A stretch of 64,000 nucleotides of DNA from Eledone cirrhosa. Its lineage: Eukaryota. The stretch covers positions 203,236,001 through 203,300,000 of the forward strand of contig OZ024743.1 in assembly GCA_964016885.1 (NCBI GenBank). Reading direction: 5' to 3'. The position numbers and the translations under genes were made by a program. Under the pieces are notes generated by a model. The model was not told the origin of the DNA. It was given only the letters and a program-made list of their open reading frames with translations, and ran no database searches. Shown piece after piece: positions 27,452 to 40,010 of this stretch; position 1 is the stretch's first letter, and every line of letters starts with the position of its first letter.

Positions 27452-30400
27452 AGATAGATAGATAAATTTCTTTATTAGCCACAAGGGCACAAAAGAAGGG
27501 GACAAATACAAATGGGGAGTTTATATACAGGTATATGAAAATAAAACTGTTAATAAAGTAACAAATAACAATTGAAATCCCCAATAGGAGGGCGGCGTTA
27601 CACAGGGGTTGTACACACCCCGAAAAAATGTACAACCCTCATCTCCAGGAGCACCAAGAGTGAGTAATCCCTTCCTCTCTTCCTCTTTTTCCTCAACCTA
27701 CAGGTTTATATAGAGAGAAGGCCCAACCACTCGAGCCATCTTTGCCACATTCACCCACCTTTTATAAAATTTGCTGGGGTACAGCACCTCCCTCCACCTG
27801 ATTCTTCTTCCAAAATGATATTTGGAAAAACGAATCAGTTGCTCGCCGAAGAGAAAGGTGTCTGACCTCAGCTCTTTTAACCTCGTCCACCATATAACCT
27901 CATTCACCATAGCCATAACATATAGGAAAACCGCCTCTCCCTCGTTTTTGAAGGAGGGTGGCGGTTTGATCATGACAATGGACTCGGTGGTCAACTGGAT
28001 TGGTCCCACCGGCAACAATAGTCGTTCTACATAGCCCCACAGGTCGGTAACGCCCGCGCAGTGTACAAATGCGTGCGCGACGATTTCCTCGTCGCGCACG
28101 CATCTCGGACAGATCTTTTTCAAAGGGTCCCTGCCCGGGCGCCCGTGTCTGTAGAGCTTGTCTCGAACTGGTAGAGCTCCTCGGTAGCACTGCCAGGTGA
28201 GGGACTTTTGGAAGTTGTCCATCGGTCCCGGGCGAAAGGTCCTACCGACAGACTCGCCAGTTCGCCCTCCTCTACGCCTAGAGTTTCTCAGAACGCGTCG
28301 TCGCACTTGCTGCGGACCAACCCTCTATAGAATGTCGAAGTGGAGTCTCCACTGATCGCCGGGTCCGTTTGCCAAAGGACTGTGAGCGCCTGAGCACATT
28401 CGATATGCCAATAGCCCATTTTCCTCGGTCTTTTCTTGACCCAGGACTGCAGCTCGGTCAGCGAGACGAGTCGTGGGAAGGTTCGCCTCACGAACGGGGC
28501 CCACACCAGTTGACCGGTGAGGAATACGTGGAGGTACCGCAGCTTGAGCGCGTGTTTGAGCATCGTCAGCCACGGCATCCCCAGCATTGCCTTTGAAGGG
28601 TGTTGGCAGCAGATGGATCTTCTCACCAAAGGAGCCCGTTTCTTCCAAAGGAATTGGAAGAGCGCGCGCCCCATTTTCGTGAGCGATTTGGCTGGACAAG
28701 GCACGACGGTCAAGCGGTAGTAGATGACGGACGCTATAAAAGTGTTCGCCACCTCCGCTCGACCTTTCAAGGATAGTTTGCACTCGGCCCACTTCTGGGT
28801 GAGCGCAAACACATTGGCCGTCACCTCGTTCCAGTTCTTCTCCACCTGCAGGTCCGGACCAAACCAGACTCCGAGCAGCTTTACCCGTCCTTCCGTCCAG
28901 CGTCCGACGACGCCATCGGAAGGCATTGGTTTGCCTCTCCACGTTCCGAGTTGTAAACCGACGGATTTGTCCCGGTTCAGCTTCGCTCCTGTGAACCTTT
29001 CGTACTCCTCCAGTAAGGTGCTGACCTCCCCGATTTGCGATGTGCTCGACACCATTACTGTCACTTCTTCGGCGTAGGCCGATGCCGCTTTTGGCAGTCC
29101 CGGTTCCAAAGGGATGCCCAGCAATAGCTCCAACTTCCGCAGTAGTGGCTCGAGAGTCAGTACGTACAGAAGGGAGGAAGCCGGCATCCCTGTCGAATGC
29201 ATCGCGTGATATGGAACGGCTCCGAGAGGTAGACGTTCACCTTGACCCTTGAGCAGATGTTGCAGCTATTCATTGCAGCAATCCAGCCCCTGAACACGGG
29301 TCCGAAGCCTGCCACCTCCAGCACCGCATCCAGGTAACGATGGGCAACCCTAACGAAAGCCTTAGACTGATCCAATTGATCAGGACCCCACCGAGGCCGG
29401 GTTTCCACCCTACCCTCTCTATGATGTATCGCATGAGGTAGAGGTTGTCGAGTTTGGACCTGGTCTGGATTGCGCATGCCTGTGCTTCTCCCACCAGGTT
29501 TTCGACGACAAGAGCCAGCCTCTTTGCCAACACATTGGCCAAAATCTGTAACTCTGTGTCTAGCAGAGTTATGGGCCGGAAGTTGTCTATGTCATCCACC
29601 TTATTCTCGTCCTTCCTGACTAACGTGACTACGCCCTTTGTCACAGAACTGGGAATTCTCCCGTTCTGCTGCCAGTTGCAGTAGATCGCTTCCAGGAGAC
29701 TGGAGAACAATCCGTCATTGCTACGTAAAATTCGTAGGGTAGACCGTCGAGACCTGGAGATTTGCGTTTGCCGCATTGGCTCATCGCGTCCCCTATCTCA
29801 GCCGCCGAAATCGGCCTTTCGCAAAACTTCTCCTCGCCGTCCGAGAGTCGCGGTAGGCCGTCGAGGTATGGACCGAAATCAATAGCCCCTCCCGGCGCGC
29901 CAGCCTGTCCAAACAGTTGAGCAAAGTGCCGCTGAAAGGCCGCGCATATCTGCTTCGGCTCACGTATCACGCGTCCCTCTTAGTCCTTCAAAGACCGAAT
30001 CGTGGTTTGTTGCCAGTTTTCGCCTCCGTCACTCGGTCCCAGCCTACAGCTTTGGCTCCCTCGTTTCCCAGAGCGCGTATTTTGCTTCTGAGAACGCAGA
30101 CTTCATGCGTTGCGTTGAAGAATTGGTCCAAGGCCGTTCTCGTCGCTAGCACGCTGGCTAAGTTTCCACTCTTAAGTGCCTCTTCTTCTTTATCTACTAG
30201 TTCTTTTTCAGTTTTAGTTCTATCTAACAGTAATTCTTTACTAAAACCTATCGAATCTAATCTAACTCCCCTCTTGAGAGAATACCACCATCTGTTGTTG
30301 ACAATGGCCCCCGTCAAGTGCTGCTTAACCAAAGTGCTAATCCGTCTACTGTAGGCTTTGCATGTCGGTAATGACAAGTTCAGCTTCCAGTAGCCGGGTC

Positions 30401-30985
30401 CCTGCCTATGGGTTTTGTCAAGGTTGACTAAGCAGGTCACTAATTTGTGATCTGAATAGGCAATCATGAACATTTGTGGACGGCTTAACATGTCCTTATC
30501 CTTCTTTCTAACTTGAAACATATCTAGGTACGATCTAGATGTTCCGCTACGATTAGTCCACGTCCACAGTGGCACAGTCGGAAAATCTAGTCGATATCTA
30601 TCGGCCAGGTCAAATCGACCGATTAACTGTTTGATGTTGTTACACCCCCTCTATCGGGACATGCTCCCACATAGTCCCAACGTGCATCTAGGATTCCATT
30701 CCAGTCCCCCACTAACAGCAGGGAGCGGGACATTCCCAGAAAAGTCTCTAGGCGTTTGAAGAAGTCTGGCCGCGGAGTCCCGGATGGAGCATATGCGGCC
30801 ACCAGCCTGAAGGCTCCACCTTCACTACCGTCAACGTCTAGGACCACCAGTCACCTCTCCGGGTCCAGATGTACCGTCAGTGTTACGAGGCAAAACGCAA
30901 CCGGCAAAACGGCAACCCCACCCCACCTCCCGGCTTAGAGAGAGATGCGTAGATCTCAAAGTCGTCGAAGATGGGGGTCAGTTGA
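27452..30985 (-). mobile_element. 5'-truncated L1/Tx1-clade LINE with intact 3' end
   Basis: APE, RT and C-terminal Cys motif; 3' UTR with AATAAA then (CTAT)n; (CTAT)n also at the 5' junction. Confidence 0.92.
27698..30985 (-). pseudogene. LINE ORF2 (APE-RT-zinc finger), multiple frameshifts
   Basis: KSPGLDGLPYEFY, FRPITLL, DQSKAF, IRQGC, AYAEE (decayed YADD), KLLGVWF, LSLKGR, CPRC...HAFVHC. Confidence 0.92.
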
Positions 30986-31175
30986 CATAGATAGATAGAT
31001 AGGGGAGTGAAAGAGAACTTGACTGGCAGTCAGACTGACAGAGTATGGCAGAATGATTGTAGTATTTAATGGAAATGATTAAATACCTAATGGAATATAG
31101 TTAAACAGTTATAAGAAGCTTTAACAATCCCACATAAATACCCATCACACACATCGACGAAAACACACAAATCTC

Positions 31176-31220
<45 letters not shown>

Positions 31221-31782
31221 TCTCTCTAGATACATATATCATAATATAATAAAAGGAGGAGTGCGGGCTGCGTCCCGAATATATTTTTTTACCCCGTTTG
31301 TAAAATAAGTTGGATTACTTTGAATAAATAATGAATGAATATTACATAATTTATGTACCAAAATTTGTAATTCTTGATTAAATATAAATAATTTTATTGC
31401 TTATTTCAAGATTCACTTCTTTTTAAATTTTCAAATGTCAATACTTCCGGTTATGTTATAACAGACGCTATATCACATCGCTTATATTTCCGTCGCAAAT
31501 TTTCTCCTTTTTCGTTTTCATAAATGTTTGCTGTAATGCAGTTCATATGTGATATCGTCTTTTTTAAATGTATCATGGATTACTTTACTGATTACCGAAG
31601 AGGTGTAACACAGTCTCTCTTCAATTTCTGTGCATATTGTCAATTACGATTTTAGTTGAGGTATCATCTACATGCATGTATATTTGCATATAATATCAAT
31701 ATGCACACTACACATGCTAGCAGAAAACCACACCAAGGGAGGTTTTTCTGCTAGTGGCCCAAAAGTCGCGATACATAAAAAT

Positions 31783-31890
31783 AATAATTGTTTCTACTTT
31801 AGGCACAAGGCCAGCAATTACCCAGTGTATTACTGGTACTTTATTTTATCGACCCCGTAAGGATGAAAGGCAAAGTCAACCTCGGCGGGA
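31783..31890 (-). mobile_element. 5'-truncated SINE with TSD
   Basis: Core and tail; ATAAAAATAATAAT on both sides. Confidence 0.85.
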
Positions 31891-32551
31891 ATAAAAATAA
31901 TAATAATGTTTTATAAGACACAATTTATTCAAAATAAATAAATATGGAAACTTAAATATTTCCTATATTGCGAATTTTGGACGAGGTGATAGATCTTCAT
32001 TCCAGTTAGTGAGGTGTGACCCGCGTTTCGGGATTGATCAGCTCAAGGCTCGATCTGTATCGATCTGGGCTGTCTCTGGAATCAAAAGCTCGTCGGACTT
32101 CCAATATTTAGCGTATAAATTTATATACACATTAAGGCAGACTGGGTTCTACATACAGGTATATATATATATATCGTATACTTCGGTGGCATAACGCACA
32201 ATTTAATACACATGAGAATTAACTGCCAGCATGAGTACTAATAATATGCAAATTATTAGGTTTTTTCAGTGATACTACTATAAGCGTATTCTGTCATTCC
32301 CTGAATTACAGACTTGTGTGAAGCCCAGGCCAATGTTGTGTCTTTGGCACCAGGAATTTTACAAGTGCTCACTGCACACTATTAGATGGAGCATGTGGTT
32401 GGTGGTACGTCATTAGGCATATTTCATAGAGTGTTGCTGGAGAATATGAGTGAGAATGGCCTCAGGTGATGGTGAGGACAGTCTAATGGGTAAACTCCGT
32501 AGGGTTTTCAGGTCAGGCATAATAGATAATTTCCGATATTTCTTAAACTAG

Positions 32552-32599
<48 letters not shown>

Positions 32600-32601
<2 letters not shown>

Positions 32602-32758
32602 GGATACTATTTATGGTTATGTATATACTAAAAGTTTTTATAGTTATGTATATTTTAAACCATAAACAGTGAAGGTCAGTAATTTATTCCTACCTTATTA
32701 CCAGTAAGATAAATAGCTCAATGTAATAACATCAGTTGTTCTACAGAGCAGTTATATA
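32600..32758. repeat. Dispersed TA-flanked repeat (family D)
   Basis: Homologous to 36160-36325 (ATACTATTTATGGTTATGTA...CTACCTTATTACCAGTAAG...ACAGAGCAGTT). Confidence 0.7.
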
Positions 32759-32759
32759 G

Positions 32760-32829
<70 letters not shown>

Positions 32830-32854
32830 AAAATTTCGCTCTACATGCCTGAAT

Positions 32855-33387
32855 ACAATAAATGTAATCTGAGATTGTCGAATATTAATAATAACGTTCA
32901 ATTCGTTTGCAATTATGCAAATAAGCCTCAATTTCATAGCAATGTCAGTATAATGAATACTTCGCGAAATTTCTTTTTTATTTGAATTTGGCAGAGCCGG
33001 CCATTCATCGTTCGTATACAGGTAATTGACTGATCAGTCTGCTTATATGGAAATCTGGCTGATCAGTGGATCTGCTAATATGCAGATTTGACTGATCAGC
33101 CAGTCAGCTGACATGTAAATCAGGCCAATCAGTCACTCTGAATTTTTGAAAATATCATATATTTTCACTAGCTCTGACAGTTTGGCAGGTGAACAGTGAG
33201 CTGTACTGATGAACGGTGATACCCAGAAACATTAGTGTCTGCAGTTCTGTTCGCATGCCAACACAAGAGCAAGAATGAAGTGTTCATTCTACTGATATGG
33301 CTATAAAATTGAGGTTTGTTTACATAATTGCAAACGAATCGAATGTTCTTATTAATATTCGAAAAACTCAGATTACATATATATATA
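32855..33387 (+). mobile_element. HHR-bearing terminal repeat with ~105-bp inverted copy of its 3' end
   Basis: 32855-32963 is an imperfect reverse complement of 33277-33387; a third copy of the tip lies at 42230-42327. Confidence 0.8.
33198..33247 (+). ncRNA. Type I hammerhead ribozyme with canonical core
   Basis: Stem I GAGCTGTA/TGCAGTTC, CTGATGA, weak stem II GG-TGATA-CC, GAAA, near-palindromic stem III ACATTAGTGT, GUC cleavage after 33239. Confidence 0.8.
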
Positions 33388-33415
33388 TGTATATATATAT
33401 ATGTATATATATATG

Positions 33416-33450
<35 letters not shown>

Positions 33451-34095
33451 GTGTGTGTGTGTGTTGGTGTGCGGCGCTGTTGGTGTATGTATATATATAT
33501 ATATATATATAAACTGCTATGTTAAACAGTCTAGGAAATTATATATTATGCCCAACCTAACAACCCTAATCTGTAGGTTAATTTTGAACAACTCTCATGA
33601 CAAGCGGCTCTATCGAAAATTAGTTTTCTTTGGCAAGGATTGGAGTATATGCTTCCTTTTTTCTGTGAGCCAAGTCGAAATGAACATATAGTGGAAGTAA
33701 TATGGTTGCAATATTTGGAAGGGCGGCAGATTGGCATCGGATAAAATGCCAATGTGATATTTGTTCTGCCTCTTTCCATTTGGAATCCAAATGCTGCTGA
33801 GATCAACATGGTCTTTCAGCACGCTGAGGTCGATAAAATAAAGTATCAGTCAGATACTAGGCTTACATTAATCAGCTTTAAGCTCCCCACCCTACAGTTT
33901 ACTAGACCTGTAACTAAATTTGACATTAATATTTGAAGCGTGAGAATATTATTATTATAACACGTTATTGTTATATGTGTGTTTATTACACAAAGTGTTT
34001 CCAACATTAACCAAAGCAATATGATTCTTAGAACATCCTCGAAATTCAATTACTAAACTGCTGTAATTTTAACATAATTCACATGAATGTATTTG

Positions 34096-34138
<43 letters not shown>

Positions 34139-34489
34139 AAGAAAATGTTCATATATACATATATGTATATACATATATGTATATATGAATCTATGTATAT
34201 ATGTGTGTACACATACTTGTGTATATACACACTTACGCTCACATATATACTGAGACAGTTTATTTCCTCTCAGTATAGTAAGAGTAGAAATTACAATCAC
34301 GGATCTTAACATAATTAGCTAATAAAGGAAGATCTAAATCTAAATTTGACATTACGCGTTCACATACTTTTAAATAATAACTTATTTACTGTGAACAAAT
34401 TTTGTTATGTTCAGTGAAGTTTAGAGATAAATCTGTATTACTGGAAATATAGATTACTATATATAGTTACATAGTTGAGTTTTAGGGAA

Positions 34490-34646
34490 AATAATTGTTT
34501 CTACTTTTGGCACAAGGCCAGCAATTACTCAGTACATTACTGGTACTTTATTTTATGGGCGGGATTTGAACTCAGACCGTAAAGGGACGTAACTATACTG
34601 GAAAGCATGGCGTCCGACTCTCTACCGATACTGTCAATCCACCGCC
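34490..34646 (-). mobile_element. SINE with internal deletion and TSD
   Basis: Head and tail present, core partly deleted; TAGGGAAAATAAT on both sides. Confidence 0.88.
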
Positions 34647-35724
34647 ATATAGGGAAAATAATAACTCCATTTCATGATTGAAGAGAGAGTTGAAGTTACT
34701 TCAGAATATATTGAGTTAGAAACAAAAATTGACTGGAACTATGAAGGTAAATGACATTTTAATTTTGTTATATCAATTTTAAAAAATAGGAGTGGAAATT
34801 ACAGCGAGCAGTGTTCTGAGAAAATGATATCATTAATGTTATTGTTAATATATGAGTGTCTCTATAAATAACTTCGTGTTGATCCATTCCGCCAAATTGT
34901 TTCCAGTTCAGTAGATATTTATCGAAGTGACTTCATTTGGAGAATATATTTTATCCCTCATTTAAATAATAAACAGATGTATGAGAATAACTTTCCCCTC
35001 AGAAACACAGCATACACCTCGTTAGATTCGTGAATGTTTCGCAAATTTAAGGGACACACGAGTTTAAGACAAACGGAATACTACGTTTCGTTTTTCATTT
35101 TCCAGATATTGCATAGTTTGGAAACCATCTTAAAGAAGACATACGATTGAACTAACTTTACTTCAATTCATTTTCTAATTTATTGCAAACTCTTTGTTTT
35201 GATACAAGGGATTTATGTCACATAGAGGATACCGTTACTATTGAATTAATAAATAAGAAGGCACATGAATTTTTAAAGTGCATGTGCATTTGGCCTCGAT
35301 TAGTTCTGTTCGATAACAAACAATTTACATTTTTACAATGATGGTGCTGCTGTACCTCAGTATTAAGTCATATTCTAACAGTTTCACTTAGCGATACATA
35401 TTGGAACATGTGCATTTATCAGGGTTAAAATTTGCAGTGTTTAAGATTTAAATCAATAATATATGTAACACAGAACGGATAATGGCATATTTTCTTGTTA
35501 GAGGAGAAGATGTAAAGCTACATATGTTAGGCTTGCATCGACTAGCTTCAAATGTTATTTTGAAGTAAGGAGTAATTATGTCTTAGATTTCCTTATTGGC
35601 TGCGGGTTTCTGGTACTGATAATACTGATCAGAAAATCGAACAGGAGTGTCGTGAAGCAAGAGTCTTATTCGAATCTCATTATTATTTTCATCCGAAAAA
35701 ATATACTCGCATCTGTACTCCCAA

Positions 35725-35766
<42 letters not shown>

Positions 35767-35860
35767 CTGAATTAAGAGTATTCCGTAGTTCACTGTAATA
35801 ATAATAATAATCGTATTATTAGCTCAAAGAAGAATAGAGAATTTCCTTCCGAGCTCAAAT

Positions 35861-36114
35861 GTAAGTATATATTACACAAGAGAAATGTGTTACACGGTGA
35901 GAAGTCTGTAAAGAATTATTACAAGTGATTTTACCGTTACTGTATAGGAAACAATATCTACAGGTAAGCAATTAAATAGAAAAAAAACAGATCAGATTTC
36001 TATTTAATTGCTTACCTGTAGATATTGTTTCCTATACAGTAACGGTAAAATCACTTGTAATAATTCTTTACACACTTCTCACCGTGTAACACATTTCTCT
36101 TTGTGTAATATATA

Positions 36115-36117
<3 letters not shown>
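35861..36117. repeat. Foldback palindrome, ~120-bp arms, short spacer, ending in (TA)n
   Basis: TAAGTATATATTACACAAGAG...TTAAATAGAAA / TTTCTATTTAA...GTGTAATATATACTTA, few mismatches. Confidence 0.9.
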
Positions 36118-36154
<37 letters not shown>

Positions 36155-36159
<5 letters not shown>

Positions 36160-36397
36160 TTAGTTATACTATTTATGGTTATGTAAATACAAAACCTTAA
36201 GCAGTTGTAAGTATTTTACACACACCCTAAATAGTGGTAGGCAGTAATGTATTACTACCTTATTACCAGTAAGTTAAGTAGCTCAATGTAAAAACATCAG
36301 ATGATTTACAGAGCAGTTATATGAATTATAAGAATCAAAGAACTGTTCAAAACATTATTGTGCTTATAATGTTTTGAACAGTTCTTTGATTCTTATA
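36155..36397. repeat. Family D repeat with terminal hairpin
   Basis: Hairpin TATAAGAATCAAAGAACTGTTCAAAACATTAT / ATAATGTTTTGAACAGTTCTTTGATTCTTATA at 36327-36397. Confidence 0.75.
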
Positions 36398-36419
36398 TTT
36401 CATATTTCATATATTTCAT

Positions 36420-36503
<84 letters not shown>

Positions 36504-37200
36504 ACTTCCTTGGGTGTAAGTTTTTTATTATCATGGAGGGAATATCTTTCAGGGAGCTCCTTCCGAACTCTCATCATCTTATCTGTTTCATGTAGATAGA
36601 CTTTCTCGGTAGATTGGCTCCTACACTTCGAGGTTCGTAAATGTTGTCGGAGGGATATGATGTTAGGCCTCTGCCTCCCTACTTACGTTATGTATGTATG
36701 TATTTTTGTATGTATGTTGGTGTGTATGGAAGGAATGAGAAAGGTGTCTACGTATTAGTGTGACGTTTCTTTTGTAAACTTTTGAATATGGCAGCCATCT
36801 TTCTATCTTGCTACAATTTCTTGAAAGTTTCCTTCTTCACAATATTTTTCCTTTACGCATACAAATTATCTCTCTTGCACATTCCATACATTTTATCACA
36901 TGCTATCATATATTTGGACATATTCATCCACCAATGTTTCTATTTCATAATTGTATCCATGTACTCACATTTCCATCCATATTTCTTTTCATTTTTATAT
37001 ACATGCATAATTTAATCAACTACCCACCAACGTATTTCTAAATCCCACAACCTCTCGATGAATTTTTAAACAGTTGATGCATTACGCTAACGAAAGTCAT
37101 AAAATGTTTTTTGTTGGTGTTGGTTACTATTTACAAAGCTTACTATAATATTCAAATATTGTCTGCATATTCGTAGTGTGTCTATTTCAAACCGAGCGAA

Positions 37201-37250
37201 TTCTTCTTCTTCTTCTTCTTCTTCTTCTTCTTCTTCTTCTTCTTCTTCTT

Positions 37251-37280
<30 letters not shown>
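37201..37280. repeat. (TTC)n microsatellite
   Basis: Direct observation. Confidence 0.97.
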
Positions 37281-37281
<1 letters not shown>

Positions 37282-37799
37282 GATGTCGTCGTCTCTGTCT
37301 TTGTTGTAGTTGTCATTGTTGATGTTTATACTTTTTGTTCGCGATGCAGCCATTCTTGTTAATGTAATTGTTCTTGTAGTTGTTGTTTTCGCAGTTTTTG
37401 AGAAATAGGCGGAGGAGGAGGAGGGTGGGGTTACTGATTCTTTGTATTCAGTTAAAATATTCCAACTTCCATATAGATTTACTATGTATGTATATATTTA
37501 TTGTTACAGTATAAGATACATTGAACAAACCAATATGTATGTCTTGATAGTAACTACGGTGTATGTAAAAGACTGAGAAATCGATAGTGTACAGCTATAA
37601 ATCTTCTTTGTAAATGTATGTTTTAGTGTTTGTTTGGTTGTATGGTTGTTATAGTTCATTCTTTCGTTCTGATCTATACGAGACAGTATTTAACATGATT
37701 GGTGTGGCGGGGTATGTAGCGACTAGAGTGTAACTATAAATATTGACAATCGAACACAGCTCTAAGTAAAGTCACAGACCAGACGAGACGTGATTTCGA

Positions 37800-38012
37800 C
37801 ATACATACATACTTACATACATACATACATATATACATACATACATACACACACATGCATACACACACATACACACATACATATATACATACATACATAA
37901 AACATACATATATACATACATACATACATTCATACATATATATATACATACATACAAACATACATACATATACACATACATACATACATACATACATGCA
38001 TACATACATACA
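37800..38012. repeat. (TACA)n microsatellite, imperfect
   Basis: Direct observation. Confidence 0.93.
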
Positions 38013-38805
38013 TTATTCAGTTATATGCGTAAGTGTGTGATGGGTGTACTGACGTTTCTTTTACATACTATTTTTATTATATTATTGTGTGTTCAATTAT
38101 TGCAGAAGTGGAAAGTTCAAATTATACACAATATCGAGTGAAGAGTTCATAGATTCATATCGTTTGCTCTAATCTAACGTAATATTTTGTTTTATGTCTT
38201 TCTTTTACGTTTCGTTGTTGCCATCAAAGCACAGGAACTGCCTGAAATACTGGGAAGTGCTACCTAAAGTAGATTATTACATTCCTAACAAAGTGCTAGA
38301 AATCTTGTCGTCGTTTTAATATCATAAATCTACGCACGAGATTTTAGATTTATTATTCAGCTACAGGAGACATTTAAATTGCGTTTAAAAACATTAAGAT
38401 TAGACAGTAATAGGTGCAAATATCTTCATTTTATTCTTTCATAACGCTTGTCCTTATATATTTTTACAGTATTGGAGACAATGACAGTTTTGCAAACAAT
38501 ATTATGATTACGTAAAAAAGGTGAACATTTACGGGATGCACTTGCCTACCAGGAGAGGGAATTTAGAAAAGGGATAAATAAGGTAGCACGGTATAGTGAT
38601 CCTGTAAGTCCTGTACGCAATCGTACAAGCCCAGAATTGGCATATAAGGATTCTCGGGCATTTTAAGCCTGACAGAGCCTATCCCTCTTCACGTCTGAAC
38701 ACAGCAGATTCCTTCCATAGAAAGACAGAAAGTTACAGAAAGGAAGTGAAAAGAGATATAGAGAAAGAATCGACTCCAGAACAAGGCTGGTATTATTTTT
38801 ATCGA

Positions 38806-38990
38806 CGTGGATTGGCAGTATCGTTGGAGAGTCGGACGCCATGCTTTCCAGCATACTTACGTCCATTTACAATCTGAGTTCAAATCCCGCCGAGGTTAAC
38901 TTTGCCTTTCATCCTTACGGGGTCGATAAAATAAAGTACCAGAAATGTACTGGGTAATTGCTGGCCTTGTGCCAAAAGTAGAAACAATTA
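38806..38990 (+). mobile_element. Young SINE nested inside an older antisense SINE
   Basis: Flanked by ATTATTTTTATCG duplication; the host SINE continues at 38991-39118 and 38770-38803 on the minus strand. Confidence 0.85.
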
Positions 38991-39505
38991 TTTTTATCGG
39001 CCTCGAAAGGATGAAAGGCAAAGATGACCGCAGCAGAATTTGAACTCAGAGAAAAAAGAACCAGGACGAATAACGCAAATATTTCTGTTCGACATATTAA
39101 CGACTCTGCCAAATCACCGTTAAGGGATTATTAGCAGTCTCCAAACTGGGATGGAATATGATGTATAATGTGTATATATGAGATGAAAAACCTATATAGC
39201 CATCAGCAAGGGGGATGATGAATTAACATTTCACAAAATCTGCTGTTTCAATTTTGATCTCGTTTGGGACTATGCAATTATTGGAGTTTGAAAAGCTTCT
39301 TCCTGTTAGTATAATGCTGGCGTGCAGAAGTATTGATGACAATTCATAAAATGGAAGAATTGAATAAAACTTGTGCTGCAAAGGAAGGAATGGGACGTGG
39401 ATCTCTAAGAATCACGGGGTACAATTTCGAGTGGTCTTTTTTGCATTCAAAACCATGTTCTTGGATAGATTTTGTCTTAGCAATATTAACTGACTTAAGG
39501 ACCTA

Positions 39506-39680
39506 ATAATTGTTTCTACTTTTGGCACAAGGCCAGCAATTACCCCGGTACATTACTGCTACTTAATTTTATCGACCCCGTAAGGATGAAAGGCAAAGTT
39601 AACCTCGGCGGGATTTGAACTCATAACGTAAAGGGCCATAACTCTATGCTGCAAAGCATTCTGTCTGACACTCTACTGAG
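39506..39680 (-). mobile_element. SINE
   Basis: B box, core and tail. Confidence 0.88.
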
Positions 39681-39699
39681 CACTCCTATTGGCCCTGGC

Positions 39700-40010
39700 A
39701 TTTGCCAGATAATACGATCGATATTTTGTGTATTGATCAAAATTATTATTTTGTATTTCTGCTCCTAACATTGGAATTTAATTGAGTTGATTCGGGGACC
39801 TGCTGCGGAGCTATTTTTAGCATTCTTGTTATCCCGGCTGTATACTTCTGCTTCCCTCTCTAGAATATGTGGGCGAAGAAGAGGAAGAAGAAAGACTGGC
39901 TGAAGGTCCTAAAGATGAGCTATTTTAGTCCCTCCTGCGGCCCGTACATTTGTCAAACAATACGATGGATAATTTGTGTATTGATCAGAATCATTATTTT
40001 ATTTATATAT
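39700..40010 (+). repeat. ~248-nt unit with ~55-nt terminal direct repeat
   Basis: CATTTG...AATACGAT.GATA.TTTGTGTATTGATCA at ~39700 and ~39947. Confidence 0.55.

Noticed and set aside
32010-32105. Minus-strand CCGACGA...GAAACGCG HHR-like motif
   Set aside because: Stems I and II could not be assigned convincingly.
33546-33936. Cluster of short non-repetitive ORFs
   Set aside because: No domain recognised; the 3' part is a decayed SINE core.
36540-36575. ATGATGA-GAGTTC/GAGCTC-CCT-GAAA on the minus strand
   Set aside because: Core mismatch, extra bases before GAAA and no convincing stem I.
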